This document shows positions 28,514 through 42,394 of a stretch of 64,000 nucleotides of DNA, in pieces. The position numbers and the translations under genes were made by a program. Under the pieces are notes generated by a model. That model was not told where the DNA came from. It saw nothing but the letters and a program-made list of their open reading frames with translations, and did not search any database. Each line of letters begins with the position of its first letter. Positions within the stretch are counted from its first letter, which is position 1. This DNA is from Octopus sinensis (lineage: Eukaryota): the NCBI RefSeq assembly GCF_006345805.1, contig NC_043001.1, forward strand, positions 71,486,001 to 71,550,000. The letters run 5' to 3'.

Positions 28514-28972
28514 GCTTGCATATTGTACTGTCCTGTCAATTGGCAAACTACTATTCAAAGGGACCAGATGAAATATAATATTTGTACACTTGTCCAAAGT
28601 CGTCGCAAAACCACGACCGTTTATCTGCCCAGTGCTGCATTCATCTTACGATAACAGGAAGCGGGATATGATGTCAGGATAAAAAAAAATACAGGATCAG
28701 ATAGCGCAATACATCACGCCCCAAGTTCAGACAATATTCCGCTAATCCGATACACTGACACTGGTCTGTGACTTTATTAATCGACAATGAAAAGGAAACC
28801 TAGACATGGGTGAGATTTGCGCTCAGAATGAAGAGATTCGGTACAATATAGCAAGGCTTTCTGCCCGACACTAAAGAAATATTTAGTGTGTGCGTGTGTG
28901 TGTGTGAGAGAGGGTGTGTGAGTGTGTGAGTGTGTGTGTGTGTGTGTCTGTGTGTGTGTTTGTGTGTGTGTG

Positions 28973-29009
<37 letters not shown>

Positions 29010-31467
29010 CTTTAAGTCTGCTCCACATTACTTTAAGTTTCGTGAGTGAACGACAATGACATATCCACTTCATCAGATGTTCAACATTATTTTATGAGGT
29101 ACATTGTCGTATGCCAACGGGGATTTCGAAAATATGGAGTTGAGACAGACTATTGTTAATACATATAATTCCAGCTAAATGCCTTGAGTATTACTTTCCT
29201 TAATTTGTGCCCTCACTCCTTTGTATACTCACATATACACCCATGCAAGGCCGAACTAACTATCGTTAGCAATTCCTCCAGAGACTTTATCATTAAACAC
29301 AACGGATTTATCGTCTGAGCAAGGAAAGCGATGACTCTTGTAGATTCACCAACTTTGACCACGTGGAATTTCAACCATCCACTCCTAAAACGTATTTTCC
29401 TGAAAATTGTAAAGTTCCGAAAAACATTAGCTGTTATTGATAAAAACATGAGCATAATTTTTAACTTTGAACGTACACTGTCATTTACAATGTCTTCTTA
29501 TGGTGAGTCCTTTAATGTAGCATTTATTACATTGACGGTTACTCTAATGTAACTAAGTTACATTAGAGTTATTCAAGTATTGTACATCATAGAAATACTC
29601 ACTAGAGAACAAGGTTCAAGCTATCTTTCACAATATAGATGCCACATTGTGACAAATGTCAGAAAATCTCTAAATAACACATGAGAATTCAACTTAAACA
29701 TTAGAATACTTAAAAAACAGCTAAGTCCACGCAAATACTACCCTAACAGAAAACAGCTAAGCGATAAATAAATTGTACCAGTAAAAATTGCGAAGTATAA
29801 AAAAATATTTTGCAATAAAAATTGAAGAATTGCGAAGTTATCATGTAAGAGGCAAGTCACATTCACGTAAAAATGGATGTCGTTAAAAACTGAAGTGTTC
29901 TACACAAATACACAAAAAACGTAAGAAGATAACAATATTGTACGATCTTCCATAGCGCATGGATGTGTATCTTTGTGTGTTTGTGCTCTGCCTGCTACAC
30001 TACCGCTTAACAGGTATTCATTTGTATACATCCCTGTAAATTAGCAAAAGAGGCTGATAGAATAGTTTCCATACTTGAAAAATATCAATTACTGGGATAA
30101 ATCTAAACCCTTCAAGGCGGGGCCATAGTTTGGCTGCTGTCCTCTGACTGAAACAATTAAAAACTATAAGATATATATCTATATACGCATGCATGTATAT
30201 ATGCATATGTAGACAGATAGATACGCACTCGCACGCGCGCACGCACACACACTCTCACACACACATATATCCTAACGCCATATTGCTGGTAAATATTTTA
30301 TCAGAGAAATTTATTATAGCTTAATTAAACGCTGACTAGTATATAGGTTAATATCATGGACACAGAATTGTTTCTATATCTCGCTTTATTACATTCACTG
30401 CTGTTATAGCGTCCATTTTAGTTTAATTTTCGTATTTGCTTTCCGGTTGCCATATTGGCATTATAAATGACTCTTTAAACCAACTGACAATCGTCTACAG
30501 TTTAAAAGGATGTCAAATAAAATGGTTTAAAAATAGTTTAGAATCTGATTTTCTGCCGTTCTCTACAAGTCAAATATGAATCGATAAAAAGGTCACACAG
30601 ATGACATCTGTTTTAAAAGAAGGAAAATAAAATCTTATTAGAATCAAGTTCATCAGCTATAATCCACAGAACAATAAAACATAGCAGGTAACTGCCGATT
30701 CAAATGAAATTTGAGATATTCTTCTGTAATTCTTTTAGATAAGCGTAAAAAATATTTAAAATGTCTCACTGATTTTCCACCGACATTTCTGTTGCAGAAG
30801 TAGTGCGTATATATATTTATATATTAATATATATATGTGTGTGTGTGCATGTGTATCAAGTAGTGATGTAGTACGACCGTTTCAAACGACTCCGTTTAAT
30901 TGAGCAATGGGGTCGCTTGAAACGGTCGTACTGCATCACTACTTGATATCCTGTTGCTCATTTTGATTTTATTCACCTTACTTCGAGGTGTGCGGGGGGA
31001 ATTCCAACCATGTTGCGTGGTTCGCTACCTCAACAGCTGCTTCATAGGATCCAGTGGCTAAAGACATTATTAGGAAGAACCACGTCCGGTTTCGGCCCCT
31101 ACTCCCCACCGTTTTCGACGTGGCGGCTCCCACACACACACACACACTTTTGGAGGTGTCTTCAGCTCTGGTGTTGAGTGCGTTTCTTCTTTCTCCTTTT
31201 TTTCTTCTGTTCTTTGGTTTCTTCCATGCAGCGTCAACGAATGTCAGCGGGCGACTGAGCATTCTGCCAAATTTCCCTTTAAATTCTCGCCGGCATGTTC
31301 CAACAGCCAGCACCAGCTGTCACGTGACACTGTCTAAGCTTCAACAGACCAATAGAGGGGAAGGGTGCGTAGTTTTAGCCCGCGCCCTCTCTCAACCTGC
31401 CTTCCAATAGTGTCATGTTAGTTTCAGTTCCAGTAGCCAGAGCCGACCAGTTGTTTGGTGGTACAAG

Positions 31468-31496
<29 letters not shown>

Positions 31497-31498
<2 letters not shown>

Positions 31499-31760
31499 AC
31501 ATCAGTTGGTGATAAGAATAGAAATCATTTGACAACATCTTTTTGTTTGTAAATGGCTCTCCTGTTGCAGGTTGAATTTGTGGAATATTGAAATGATACT
31601 CATATTGTCCATTCCACAAAATAAGAGGATACTGGAGACCATCATAAGAGGGATAAGTCTCTAAAACACGTTTAAGGTTGTTATCTCGAGCACGAATGAG
31701 AATATTACCATTTTCATGGGGATCAACTACCATAAGTATGGCTACTTCATTAGAACTGCG
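31497..31760 (-). pseudogene. Helitron Rep/helicase N-terminal fragment
   Basis: SSNEVAILMV...ILIRARDNNLKRVLETYPSYDGLQYPLILWNG...KKMLSNDFYSY matches the Helitron EVA...YDALQYPL...FYAYRLM region. Confidence 0.85.
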
Positions 31761-33257
31761 TAAAATGTACGTAACGAACGCCGAAACACACACACACAGA
31801 TACATACATGCTCATAGAATTGATAATATTGAAAACTCCATAACGCACACACACGAAATTCAAGCTAAACGAAATGTAATCGATATAGGTACAAAACATG
31901 TTTTCTATAGCATAATTATTCTATAAATTTTTTTTACGGAATGTTTCCAGAAGAAATATTCCAGCGTCGGAAAGTCACCAATTGACCCAAAATTACTATG
32001 CATCACCATTGTAACGAAATACAGAAAGTCAGCATTTATTTGGAATATGCACCAAATATTATCAAATTCAGGATTGACTGTCACGGTGAAGAAATTCTAG
32101 CTCCAAGAAAATTCAGTAGGCATTATTCAATTTTTCTCACAAAAATAATTTATTATTTTACAATTTTCAAACAAACGCTGACCAAAATGTGTACAAAAGA
32201 ATATGTTGCTGTTGTTAACGTTAATTAATTTAAAATATTTGCTAAAGGATGTATGTAGCAAGACATAAATTAATTTGACATCACTTACTATATATTTTAA
32301 CTGTGTAAGATTATAAGGTTGTAGAATAAATACTGACAAACGCAGTAAAAAGTCGCGCGGTGTTGAATACTAACACTGTTTAAGCAGCTTAGCAGGAATA
32401 CGATAGGAACGCTAGGACTGTTTATAAAAGCATTATCTTCAAACTGGTTATAAGCACTGGAATATAATTCTGTAATTATATTGAAAGGGCCGCTTAGGCT
32501 TTCTACTTCGTTAAGTTTCCGAATTTTATATAATAACCAGAATAATTATTTTCAGGTATATTTGCGAGGGTTGTGAGTGCTGTCAAATCAGCCAAATATC
32601 CATGCTGGTTACAAAAAAAAACCAGAATATTTCAGCACGTAAGTAGTGATAATCGTTAATGCTGTTCCGACCACAGTTCTCCATGATGAAAAGGAAAATC
32701 CAAACAATGAACTTCAAAATGAACGCTGTTGTTTGTTCCACGTCCAGGCCGCAACTAAGCGAAGCTCTTTCAAAATCGGCGCGTTTCACTGTTGGGCGTT
32801 ACAGTCACATACATATACTAAGACAGACACACACATACATACATTCCGGGACACCCCTAGCCTATCTCTGTCATTCTGTTTGTCTGTCTCTGTTTTTAGA
32901 CGTGTGTGTGTCTGTGTGTGTGTGTGCGTGAGTGTCAGTCGTCACAAAAGTGTATGTATACTGACAGACACATACACAATCACTTACTTCCACAAACATA
33001 TATTTCTCAATCATGGACCTAATGTACGTAACAAACGCGCAAAAATACACACACTAAAAATGCATCGTCGTCGTGGTATAAAGTTTCGTTTACGATAGCT
33101 GACTTATAGATAGATTGTGCCGATGACTTTTTGTAATGCAAATATGTAAATAAAAATAAAGTTTATTTGGTCACCGAAAGATTACTAAATCTTTTGATAT
33201 CCCATAATCGGCAACTAAGTTTTCGAATGTATAAGAAACATACGCCTGCACAGACAA

Positions 33258-33290
<33 letters not shown>

Positions 33291-33345
33291 TACATACACA
33301 CTCATAAAAACTCTGCTTTATATATATAGATATATGTAATCATAA

Positions 33346-34492
33346 TCTATAAAAGGCAGATTTTCTCTGTCTGTGACTATGTTTCTTTGCTATACGAGTG
33401 TACAATATAGAATTTCTTCAATTGGAATTTAGCTATGATTTTTCGAAGTAGATTCGATTGGGTCATGGCATATAAATTTTTTTCAATTTGACCCCCAATT
33501 AAGCAAAAATTCGATAAAACTCAATATTTTACGATTTGCCTCTCTCGTTTCAACTGGTTTACTCCTTCTATTACCACACTTTCTGCTACTTTCTCTTTGC
33601 AAGTGTATACCACTCTCATATCCTCTTTCTACCACTCTTAAAAACACATTCAACATCACACATTCTGCTACTTTCTCTTATTAATGCTTAAACCACTCCT
33701 CAAAAAAAGACAGAGAGGAAACAGAGGAAAAAATAAATACATAACGATTTACTCCTCACACACACGCATAGACACGCAAACATATACATCTACTTTCTCT
33801 TTGCAAACCACTCCTCAAAAAAAAAAGACAGAGAGGAAACAGAAAAAAATAAATACATAACGATTTGCTCCTCACACACACACATAGACACGCAAACATA
33901 TACATATATGACAGTGACAAACACAAACGCTTCAAAAAACTACATACAAACACTCAAACACACACACACACGTGTGTGCTTGTTATTAGTAAAAAAGGCG
34001 CCAAACACAATTCACTTTCTCATTCGAACACCTTTGCAAACACACACCAACAATTCAATTTTATTTCTGTACAGACAACATAACACTATCAACCTCATAC
34101 CACCACAACAACATTTTTCTTTATCCTGTCAAAAACTCATTGATCCTATCGCTTTCACCTACGACCTCAGCTAGGTCAGCCGAAAGTCAAATCAACAGAG
34201 GATCACCTATCTACCTACAAACGCTGCTGCGGTATGTCTATTTTTATAGCTGCAACCACATTATATATACCGTAGTTAACACACACCATGACACACCACA
34301 AATGTACCCTCCAATTCTTACATCATTCTACCAGGTGGTAGGAACCCCTTTACACGGCTTGCACGGCTTACAAATACATTCATTCGCCGTAAACTTATAT
34401 CAATATTTGCCTGAATAATCATCATAATTCAGTGCCATCATTAACAGTACAACAGTACTTTCAAGCTATTCAACGCCGGGCAGTTCTGCTAG
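33346..34492 (+). mobile_element. Non-autonomous Helitron-like element
   Basis: A|TCTATAAAA 5' end; 3' end CAACGCCGGGCAGTTCTGCTAG|T; internal ~113 bp tandem duplication at ~33690-33910. Confidence 0.65.
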
Positions 34493-34767
34493 TATATATA
34501 TATATATATAACGTATGTATGTATGTATGTATGTATGTATGTATGTATGTATGTATGTATATATATATGTATATATATGTATATATATATACGTGTATGC
34601 GTGTGTGTGTATATAAATTATTTATATAGATATATATATACATACACATACACATATGTATGCATATATATATATATATATATAAAATATATGAATTTGC
34701 TGATGTGAATTTGCTACCCAGGTATCGGTTAACCGAGTTATCCATAACAAGATAATTCATTCAACTA

Positions 34768-34808
<41 letters not shown>

Positions 34809-35222
34809 ACACACATTTTTTGTGATGGTAGTTAATAATTAGTCTGTGTTTAACCAACTGTGCAGTCAAATTGAAAGTTTAAGAATCGTTTTGTTCTTGT
34901 CTGAACTTTAGGCTATTAGCTGTCAGATTTCTAAAAGTTTCCAGCAACGTAAACTCTCTAAACGTTGGCGGTCGACTGATTTCTATTTAAAACACTTCAT
35001 GACCTTGCCTCTTCAAAAACAAGAAACAGCTTTACAGCAAAATTCCTCTTGATTTCATACATACATACACACTTACTCCGATTCTCTCTATATATATCTA
35101 TGTATCTATCTATTTCTTTCTATCTCTTTCTCTGTATTTCTCTCTCTCTTTCACGCATACACACACGCACACACTTATATCTTACATCTAGATCTAGATA
35201 TAATGTTCGTATATATAGGTAA

Positions 35223-35328
<106 letters not shown>

Positions 35329-35400
35329 ACATATATAGCACATAGAAATTCTAATAATACTCTCTTAATAGTTGTTTGTTATATCATATCACCATATTCG

Positions 35401-35783
35401 TGGAGGCGCAATGGCCCAGTGGTTAGGGCAGCGGACTCGCGGTCGTAGGATCGCGGTTTCGATTCCCAGACCGGGCGTTGTGAGTGTTTATTGAGCGAAA
35501 ACACCTAAAGCTCCACGAGGCTCCGGCAGGGATGGTGGTGATCCCTGCTGTACTCTTTCACCACAACTTTCTCTCACTCTTACTTCCTATTTCTGTTGTA
35601 CCTGTATTTCAAAGGGCCGGCTTTGTCACTCTCTGTGTCACGCTGAATATCCCCGAGAACTACGTTAAGGGCTCACGTGTCTGTGGAGTGCTCAGCCACT
35701 TACACGTTAATTTCACGAGCAGGCTGTTCCGTTGATCGGATCAACCGGAACCCTCATCGTCGTAACCGACGGAGTGCTTCCAT
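35401..35783 (+). mobile_element. tRNA-derived SINE, apparently full length
   Basis: Head GGAGGCGCAATGGCCCAGTGGTTAGGGCAGCGGACTCGCGG... with A box TGGCCCAGTGG and B-box-like GGTTTCGATTCC, followed by a ~300 bp non-tRNA body. Confidence 0.85.
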
Positions 35784-36529
35784 CACCATATTCTTTGTTC
35801 TCTAAAGAAATAACAAAAGACGACCTTTCTGTTATTAAGTTATGCAAAGTGAGTGCCACACAACATATAAATGAATCTAATAATATAGACACCACATGAC
35901 CTGGTGGTCTTGAACCCAGGGTGGGATGCGAGAAGCGCACTTAATAAAACAGCTGGAGGATTTGTCTTCCCAGGGTTAAATAACAGTATCGTTGTCTTTT
36001 AGAGTACAGCCACATTAAAGCTACCTCTTTCTATTTGAACTTCGAAAATCAATGCAAACTGTGAAATCGGTTAAACCTTTAAATATCTTACAATTGTGAA
36101 GTCAGTTATGTGATAACATGAAATTAATTACCCTATGGTAATAATTCAAATAAAGTAGCCCTTGAAAAGGGCTTTAATACGTATATAGATTTTAGGAGGA
36201 AATATTAATAAGGTATGTATACTAAAATCGTGAAACATGTTACGTAATAACAGGCTAATCAGATATGAGATAATAACTATTCAAAGTAATTAAGTGTGAA
36301 AAAGGCTTTTGTGCGTTTCCAGAGAGTATTACCCTCAGTAGAGCTTGTGTTGGTATATTTGTGAATAACTCATTAACCAAAATAAGTGGATCTATTGTTT
36401 AGGAGAATACCATTTATTTGTTTAAGCGTTGTATTGGATAAATTGAGAAAATAACTAAGCAGTTCAAATACTAAGAAATAAGCATACTGAAAATGAATAG
36501 GTTATATCCTTTGTTGGTTATTTCCAGGA

Positions 36530-36775
36530 GAGAATGGGTTATTTCCCTTCGAAGCTTAAAAAGTTTACTCACACCGTTCACTCACACCCAAATGTTATTC
36601 CTCCCACCGTTTACCCGAACATTTTTTCGAAATGTTTTTATACTTAAAACTTCCCCAGACTTATAAGCAATGTGCGTGTGAAGTTTAAGAAAAATCGGTC
36701 GAGCCGTTTTAGCACAAACCGAGGACATACCGATACAAACACACACACAGACATTTTCAGTTTTGATATGTAAGA
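36530..36775 (-). mobile_element. 5' part of a non-autonomous Helitron-like element
   Basis: Minus-strand start TCTTACATATCAAAACTGAAAATGTCTGTGTGTG...AACGGCTCGACCGATTTT..AAACTT. Confidence 0.5.
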
Positions 36776-39261
36776 TATTTAAAGGTTTAACCGATTTCAC
36801 AGTTTGCACTGATTTTCGAAGTTCAAATAGAAAGAGGTAGCTTATGCCGCAGCTGTCTGGCTTCTGACTAATGCTTGAAGCTTGCCCTATTTTTATAGGG
36901 AGTTCATGACTCAAATTAGTATATGTTTTGAATTGGATTTGATTGGTCGAGTATAGTCACATGACTGGTCTTAGAAATGTTTGTAGGTTCCCCGTTACGT
37001 CCGTGTGTTAGTATCACGTGACAATGTTTGGAATCGTAAATGAAGGCTAACAGAATTAACGGAACATGTCCGAACAATCAATGCTCTGGATGTTTTTGAC
37101 AAGTGTTTTGTAGAGAATGAACACATGATTAAGTTTATAAACTTTTGTAAGTTTCTCGCTACGTTCTTGCGTTAGTGTCATGTGACAGTATATTTTGCGC
37201 CTAAAAAGAAGGCTGACACGGTTGAGTGAATATGTTTAGTTATAATCAAGCCACTCCAAATTTTATCTGTCTAGTGGGATAGTTGACAGGAGTCGTTTGT
37301 ATGTAGTCCTATGGCTAAAGTTTAGATTGGTAGCTATGTGGGTTCCTCGCCATAATGGCAGAATGAATTCTATTTTTCTATTTATATATATATATATATA
37401 TAATATATAAGAATAAAATAGTCTAATATGATATTTCGGAATATAAAAATTCCTTCCTCAGATATCCCTAGCAATTGATGGAGTCGCTGCTATAACCGGT
37501 TTTCCAACGGCTTTTCTGCTTTTTTTTTCGGAAGCGTCTCACCAGTGATCTCATGAAGCTCCTTCCGGAATTTCTCATGAGAAGCGCATGAGGTCGGCCA
37601 TGTCTCAATCTCGTGTGTGCTGGTACATCCGTAGCGATGCTTCTAAGTTATATGTTATATGTGCAGTTTCCTTTTTCCCCTTCATCTTTTTCTCTTTTTT
37701 TTTGTTATAAACAATACATGATCATGTTATCGAAAAAGAAATTACACGCATCCAGATATAGCTAAAAAATATATTGATTACCAACTTCCAGCCTGTTGTT
37801 AATTTGGGGCCCTAGTCTGTCTATGAGGATAGCTTCCTTAATTCTTATATATATATACATGCATGTATATATATGTACACATATAATATATATATTATAC
37901 ATATATACGTATATATATATACACACGTACACACATACATACGCAGATATATATGTGCGTATAGACATATTTACAAATATATATATACGCAATATCAAAC
38001 AGATTTGTGTGTGTATGCATGTGCATGTGTACATGTGTGTGTTCGTGTTTGTGTGTGTGTGTGTGTGAATGTGTGTGATCGTGTGTGTGTGTGTGTGCAT
38101 CCGTGTGTATGTGTGCATCCGTGTGTGTGTGTGCATCCGTGTGTGTATAAAAGAATTTTTCAGCCAGCTTAGGAATTAATGTTCTTATTTCCAAACCTTT
38201 CATTGAGACAGTTCCATTCTTTAGTAATGAGGCCGGTAGAATAACAGAAACACTGTTAGATGACATACCGCTGGACATCGCTCATTGCTAATACTTGCAC
38301 TTGCAGTTTTATTTTACACTAAGAATAAAGAATGAATGGCTAATTGAAGCAGCGTTGACTTTCTTTGCCGATAGCAATTTACTCTGAAAAAGATTAATTT
38401 TGATTGAACTTTCTTTGAGAAAGCCAAATGCACCAATGGCTACTATTTTCAGTCACTGAATTCAAGTTAGGAAAGATTGCTGTGCTTAAGGATATCAACG
38501 AAATGCATACATGCTGCAAGTTAATGAGGATTAATCCGGATGTAGGATTAAAATGAATGAAGCTGCTGATTTTGCAGTAAAATAGTACCATGAGTGATAA
38601 AGTATTAGTCAGATTTTGAGTACGTAACATGTCTGATGTTGTGTATACTACGGCATATGGAAACGCAGATGATATTGAATAGATGAAAATGTATATGAAA
38701 AATATGTACACAAAAATTTACACTTATATACTTGTGTATGTCTATCACCAATCCAAAATGGCTATATACTTTATATATGTACATTTATCAACCACCCACA
38801 CGCGTACAAATAATATAAGTATGTATATCAACAAAAGATATATGTGCATCGATGTACATATGTGCGTGCATCTGCGTGTGTACATATATGTGCATGTGTA
38901 TATATATGTGTGGTGTTGTGTGTTATTATATTATATATATAATTATATATATATTATATATTATATATATATGGAGAGAGAGAGTGAAAGAGTCATATGA
39001 GAGTGTGTATTACAATGGTAAAGAATGCAAGCGAAAAAAAGCAAATATTGCATCAGTTTAACACTTAAAAGAAAGTAGTAAAAGATAGCATCGAAATATT
39101 TCGGACTGTCATCAGAATAAATTTATAGGAGGAATAAGAACTGTAAATATGCTTGAAAAGAGAGGAAATAAAGGAAAACGATGAGTTAGAAGCAAGGTGG
39201 AAATATGGCTAGATGGGGGTATTTAAATCAAAAAGAGGCATGGATGCACGTATATATACAC

Positions 39262-39962
39262 CTCAATATTGTCTTAGGAAAATTCTTAGGATAAGTTGGA
39301 AATGGCTATCAGTGATGTGGAGGTACTTGAGAGAAGTGGTAGAATCAATGATTCTGCAAATTCATTTGAGGTCGGGTGGACATCTTGTAACAATGATTAA
39401 TGTAAAACTTCCCAAGCAACATTTGTATGATGAGCTGGAAGATGGTAGGAGACCAGCACATAAGCCCAAAATGAGGTTCAAGGACTACCTCAGTTGTTGA
39501 TTGTGAGAGGGAGGCACACGACTGAGATGGATGGAGGAAGAGAGTGCACAGTGGTTGTTCGAGGGTAGAAAGAGAGAAAATGAATCACGAAAAGATTAAA
39601 AGAAGTCTTAGAAGGAATGAACAAATGAAAATGAGGGAGTGTTGCTTTTTGTGTGTGTGATTTGTGGGAGGAGGTTCTTGAGTCCTGCGGGTCTGGTCAG
39701 CCATCAGAGAATTCACAGGAAACGATCCATGGTAAATTGTGATACGGCTAATTCTCACAACAGAACATGTGCAACTTGTGGAAAGGTGTGCCTTTCAGTT
39801 GGAGGATTGAAAAGACATGTTAAAAGAGTTCATACTGTGGCACATGTTCCTTCTCCCAGCCAGCACAGCTGTGCATCCTGCAATAGAATGTGCAAATGTT
39901 TTGCCGAATTCAAGAGTCATATAAGGATCTCACATTGCATCAACAACAACTCATTTCACTGA
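39262..39962 (+). pseudogene. RTE-clade LINE 3' fragment ending in three C2H2 zinc fingers
   Basis: CLRKILRISW...LRSGGHLVTM...LPKQHLYDELEDGRRPAHKPKMRFKD, then CVICGRRFLSPAGLVSHQRIH, CATCGKVCLSVGGLKRHVKRVH and CASCNRMCKCFAEFKSHIRISH. Confidence 0.85.
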
Positions 39963-40189
39963 TTCTTTCTAGCAATAGCTTTGCTCTTATACCAGAAAGC
40001 AGCTAAGATATGTGTTTGTGTGTGAGTATAAGTATATACATATGCGTAAATGGACGCCCCAAACACACACATTCATAATGAACTTCATATCATAGGCCAC
40101 TAAATCTTGGGAATATACCTTAGTCCTGGTTGGGCCATGCACTTTTGCTCTATATACACACCTCGTTTTCCTCTTCTGAGATTACTTAC

Positions 40190-40378
40190 CTTTCGCGCGA
40201 CATCTTCCTAGCCCATCACCAGTTGAAATTACATCACACAGTAGATTTTGACAAACAAACCGATTACTTAACATGTCTCCACAAGACCTGTTACTTGCTA
40301 CGTAGAATGTCAATAATTGACGACATACTTGATCCTCAGAACGTATATATTGTCGATAACATGACTCTAATAGATTGA
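40190..40378 (-). CDS. Candidate Cys-rich coding exon of an unknown host gene
   Basis: gtgttacag|TC...AAAG|gtaagt; 189 nt, phase 1-1, fully open: NLLESCYRQYIRSEDQVCRQLLTFYVASNRSCGDMLSNRFVCQNLLCDVISTGDGLGRCRAK. Confidence 0.5.
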
Positions 40379-40726
40379 CTGTAACACGTAAAGCATATAC
40401 ATACTTGTATGTGTTTGTGTTTGTATGTGTGTGTGTGTGTGTGTGTGTGCGTGCGCGTGTGTATGCGCGCGCGCGTGTGTGTGCATGTATGCATAATGGT
40501 CTGACTTAATCTGACTAACGGAGGTCTAAATATCTTCACCTAGAAACGAACAACAATCTCTAAACTCTCTTTATTTCGACTCATTGCATCTAGGGATGTT
40601 GCAGCCCAACAGCGCGCAGGTAACTTTAAAATGGAGCTAAGTGAATTCGTAACTACATATATGTACAAATCATGCTACATTCTCTCGTTTGCGCAGCTAT
40701 CTATCTACCCACCTATCTACCTGTGT

Positions 40727-40759
<33 letters not shown>

Positions 40760-40761
<2 letters not shown>

Positions 40762-41140
40762 GAAAATTCAGCGGACACCAGAACCATATGCGGGCAAGAC
40801 AGATGAAGATTATATAAAAAACCAGAATTACTCACAGACAGGCGGACAATTGGATTACATAAATGATTCATTTGTTAATAGACGAAACCGCCGGTCTGTG
40901 AGTAATTCTGGTTTTTTATATAATCTTCATCTGTCTTGCCCGCATATGGTTCTGGTGTCCGCTGAATTTTCCTCTAGAGAACATTCTTTTCTTTGTAGTT
41001 TGATCGTAGGTGATCATACGTCTGACCACCTAGTGGTTCTGCCCTTTAAATATACACATGATTTTTCAGATTTTTGTATGCTAGGCTACTGGGTTTAAAT
41101 TGATATTAATTAAATTAATATTAAATTTCTTCCCCTCACT
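40760..41140. mobile_element. PLE-end fold-back insertion (P1-related)
   Basis: 40760-40845 versus 40888-40973 inverted with 1 mismatch; HHR 3' half GAAAC-CGCCG-GTC at the junction; tail resembles the reverse of the 13955 and 21074 termini. Confidence 0.8.
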
Positions 41141-41188
41141 ATTTAAATGTTATATGTATATATAATATATATATATATATATAATATA

Positions 41189-41254
<66 letters not shown>

Positions 41255-41353
41255 ATATACATCTATATATATATAAATATATACTATATATATATAATTA
41301 GTGAATGGAAGAAATGGAGTTGAACGAAGATTGTACAGAATTCTTTTATTACA

Positions 41354-41433
41354 TTCTACACATGTTTCAAAGGCCACAATTTTCCAAATTCTGATTAAAT
41401 AAGGATACCATATTGCAGCTTTCTCTTCAGGAA
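41354..41433 (-). ncRNA. Type I HHR motif inside a fold-back
   Basis: ttc-CTGAAGA-gaaagctgcaat...attgtggccttt-GAAAC-atgt-GTA-gaa; 12 bp stem II with GU pairs and one mismatch. Confidence 0.75.
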
Positions 41434-41713
41434 GGCAGGAATTACGTTGACAGAACAAAAAACAAAAGAGGCCTTTGAAACATGTGTAGAATGTAATAAA
41501 AGGAATTCTGTACAATCTTCGTTCAACTCCATTTCTTCCATTCACTAATTATATAAACTTCAATTATCCGCACCAACGCACGTGCAACACCAAATGGTCT
41601 TATCTCCAACCGTGTTTTTTTTGCTGTTTGTTTTTGCTACCCAGGTATCGGTTAAACTTTTGAATAATCTGTACAAAGAAAATTCATCTTTCCATTTCAA
41701 CAAACATATATAT

Positions 41714-41748
<35 letters not shown>

Positions 41749-42148
41749 TAAGGTTCAGTTGAATTAGATACTTAAACTGAGGCACCTTGCTAGTTTGGTA
41801 TAATTTGCACACCCCCAACAATATTATTTGAATAATAAATATCAAGACACTGTGTAAGGATATTTGTACCTAATATTCCGGTCGTGTGTGTAGACAATGC
41901 AAACCAGCTCGGTTAAGATATCCGCTCTTGGTAATTCAGACATGTACTTCATATAAAGGTACTTTCTATAATATTTCCGTAGGCAAACAGAATATAAATA
42001 AATAACAAACATAAGCAACAAAGTTGTGCAGGTGTCAATTCATGAACTGACAACTGTACACACACACGTATACTCATACATACATATACTCATACATATA
42101 TGTGGGGGGTGCGTTATAATTTGGAACAAACAGCAAAATGTTGTCATT

Positions 42149-42207
42149 ATAGTACTCGGAGTTTCGAATGTCGCATCGAAGAACTACGATACATTCTCCT
42201 CGGCTAT
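42149..42207 (-). ncRNA. Type I HHR motif with CCGAGGA core
   Basis: atag-CCGAGGA-gaatgt...acattc-GAAAC-tccga-GTA-ctat. Confidence 0.7.
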
Positions 42208-42234
42208 TTTTTATTATTTATTTCATAACGTCTG

Positions 42235-42310
42235 TTGTCATTAATAGCCGACGAGAATGTATCGTAGCTCTTCGCTCTGAGATTCGAAACTCTGAGTACT
42301 ATAATGACAA
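42235..42310 (+). ncRNA. Type I HHR motif with CCGACGA core and extended stem I
   Basis: ttgtcatt-a-atag-CCGACGA-gaat...attc-GAAAC-tctga-GTA-ctat-aatgacaa. Confidence 0.7.
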
Positions 42311-42394
42311 CCTTTTACTGTTTGTTCTAAATTATAACATATGTAAATAATCCTCTATTTAATTAACATCGAGGTCTCATTCTTTTGTTGTTAC

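Noticed and set aside
27885-28597. Long ORFs of 228 and 169 aa (poly-I, poly-M)
   Set aside because: Translations of a (CAT)n microsatellite.
29233-29385. Possible minus-strand exon SGWLKFHVVKVGESTRVIAF...ALHGCI
   Set aside because: Splice sites are plausible, but joining to the 23161 exon creates TAA and no compatible partner was found; left unresolved.
35401-35476. Possible tRNA gene
   Set aside because: It continues into a ~300 bp body with no terminator; it is a SINE head.
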